26,055 bases of DNA, taken from IMG/VR virus record IMGVR_UViG_3300020044_006358, positions 1 to 26,055 of that record; one strand, written 5' to 3'. The notes beneath the pieces are model-generated. The model made no database searches and had not been told where the DNA came from. It worked only from the letters and a program-made list of their open reading frames with translations. Origin of the DNA: a virus. Its lineage: Duplodnaviria; Caudoviricetes. Shown piece by piece: positions 24,928-26,055 of this stretch. Position numbers and translations under genes: made by a program. The first letter of the stretch is position 1. Each line of letters opens with the position of its first letter.

Positions 24928-25344
24928 ATGAAATTAGCTCTTGTAGACGGTGCGCGAGTGTGGGTAAAGCCGCTATCGGATGACGCGAAAGCTAAAGCGT
25001 CACGCGAACGGCAGCAGGCCCAGGATGCCAAGAAAACAAAGCGCCGCGACAAGATCAAGGCAGCAAAAAAGGCGCAATGGGTAGAGCAAAAATATCCGCC
25101 TCAATCAACCCTATTCTATGATTCTAGAGAATGGCTAGAGTTAAGGTACAAAGCTTTGGCAACCTATGGCGCTAAGTGTCAATGCTGCGGTGCTACAAGG
25201 CAATCAGGGGTCGAGATACATGTGGATCACATCAAGCCTAGAAGCCTATTTCCAAAACTACAGCTAAGGTTAGACAATTTGCAGATACTTTGCCGACCAT
25301 GTAACATAGGCAAGAGCAATACAGATGAAACAGATTGGCGATAA
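24928..25344 (+). CDS. HNH endonuclease (McrA/gp74-like, CxxC..HNH..CxxC) with a basic N-terminal helix
   Basis: FY.SREW..LR...L...G.KCQCCG..IHVDHIKP..DNLQILCRPCNIGK. Confidence 0.9.
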   Translation: MKLALVDGARVWVKPLSDDAKAKASRERQQAQDAKKTKRRDKIKAAKKAQWVEQKYPPQSTLFYDSREWLELRYKALATYGAKCQCCGATRQSGVEIHVDHIKPRSLFPKLQLRLDNLQILCRPCNIGKSNTDETDWR

Positions 25345-25348
25345 AACG

Positions 25349-25528
25349 GGTCTATCACTCAGACCGCCGGTAACACGGCATAAAAGCGCTCGAAGCACAA
25401 AGCCCGGAAGGGAAGATTGAGCATCAAGGCAAAGCGTAAGGCCCGAAAGGGAAAGCACTGCAACCCTTGATAGTCCGCACGCCAGCGGATTGCAATAAAC
25501 GATGTAGCTCGGTTTTTTTAATCCGAGT
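25349..25528 (+). ncRNA. Putative structured RNA downstream of the HNH gene
   Basis: Six stems, several back to back, with two copies of a 22-nt motif capped by CCC-GNRA-GGG. Confidence 0.5.
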
Positions 25529-25584
25529 GTTTAGCCTTTGTGCTATGACCAACCATAAGTTAGTAACCACTAACCCTACAAGCG

Positions 25585-25608
25585 AAAAAATACCGGCCGG
25601 AGCCGGTA
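25585..25608 (-). terminator. Intrinsic terminator of the 25620-25880 gene
   Basis: Minus strand TACCGGC-TCCG-GCCGGTA-TTTTTT. Confidence 0.8.
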
Positions 25609-25619
25609 GAGTGTGGCGA

Positions 25620-25880
25620 TTATTCTACGGAATGAAAAACGCTTCCCACCTTGCCCTGGAAAGTCCATTCACTGCCAGGGCGGAAGTATCCGCGAATTTC
25701 ACCCTCAATACATTTAGCCTTGACCACTGCACAATCAGTCGGGCCGAAACCTTCCGTAAGGTGCGCGTACTGTACGCGATGACCAGTTGACGGGTACACA
25801 TCACCAACTATGCGAAAACGTCCGCCATAGTAATGCACTACATCACCACGCTTGAGATTAGATACGCATACTTTTTTCAT
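25620..25880 (-). CDS. Hypothetical early protein (86 aa)
   Basis: AGGAG RBS, own terminator and upstream -10-like TAACCT. Confidence 0.75.
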   Translation of the reverse strand: MKKVCVSNLKRGDVVHYYGGRFRIVGDVYPSTGHRVQYAHLTEGFGPTDCAVVKAKCIEGEIRGYFRPGSEWTFQGKVGSVFHSVE

Positions 25881-25942
25881 AATTTACACTCCTGTTAAAT
25901 CACATCAAAATGTGTGAGTAACGTAAGGTTATAGACATTGAA

Positions 25943-26055
25943 CATAGAATAGGGTTGATTGAGGCGGATATTTTTGCTCTACCCATTGCGCCTTTTTTGC
26001 TGCCTTGATCTTGTCGCGGCGCTTTGTTTTCTTGGCATCCTGGGCCTGCTGCCGT
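25943..26055 (-). repeat. 113-bp perfect inverted copy of 25008-25120
   Basis: Base-for-base reverse complement of part of the HNH gene, running to the window end. Confidence 0.95.

Noticed and set aside
25393-25453. CRISPR array or c-di-GMP riboswitch
   Set aside because: Only two imperfect units with a 17-nt gap, no cas genes, and the riboswitch consensus is not met.

Overview
A 26-kb fragment of a tailed dsDNA phage, most likely a short-tailed podovirus with a P22/T7-type tail and ejection proteins. The spanins and sigma70-type promoters point to a Gram-negative host. Left to right: the end of the head module (inverted, 1-~845), then a rightward late operon (adaptor, inserted HNH endonuclease, nozzle/gp10-like protein, GNAT, three ejection proteins, tail fibre, holin, second membrane protein, M15 endolysin, Rz with embedded Rz1). 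Next come a leftward recombination/accessory operon with a Rad52-like annealase and a divergent promoter pair with a 49-aa Cro-like gene. A rightward middle operon follows (VRR-NUC-like nuclease, two PAPS-reductase/DndC-like PP-loop proteins, DUF1364, short replication protein, radical SAM enzyme). A leftward early cassette of small genes contains a mini-metzincin lipoprotein and ends in a small HTH gene. Near the right end a solitary HNH gene is followed by a structured non-coding tract. No integrase, CI, terminase, portal or major capsid gene is visible. Both window ends carry inversion junctions that look like amplification or assembly chimeras. Best novelty candidates: a ~410-nt promoter-driven structured RNA upstream of an HTH-less replication protein, the HNH plus structured-RNA unit, and the 2x PP-loop/Fe-S plus radical SAM set as a possible nucleic-acid modification pathway. 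All family assignments come from motif recognition by eye, not database searches.
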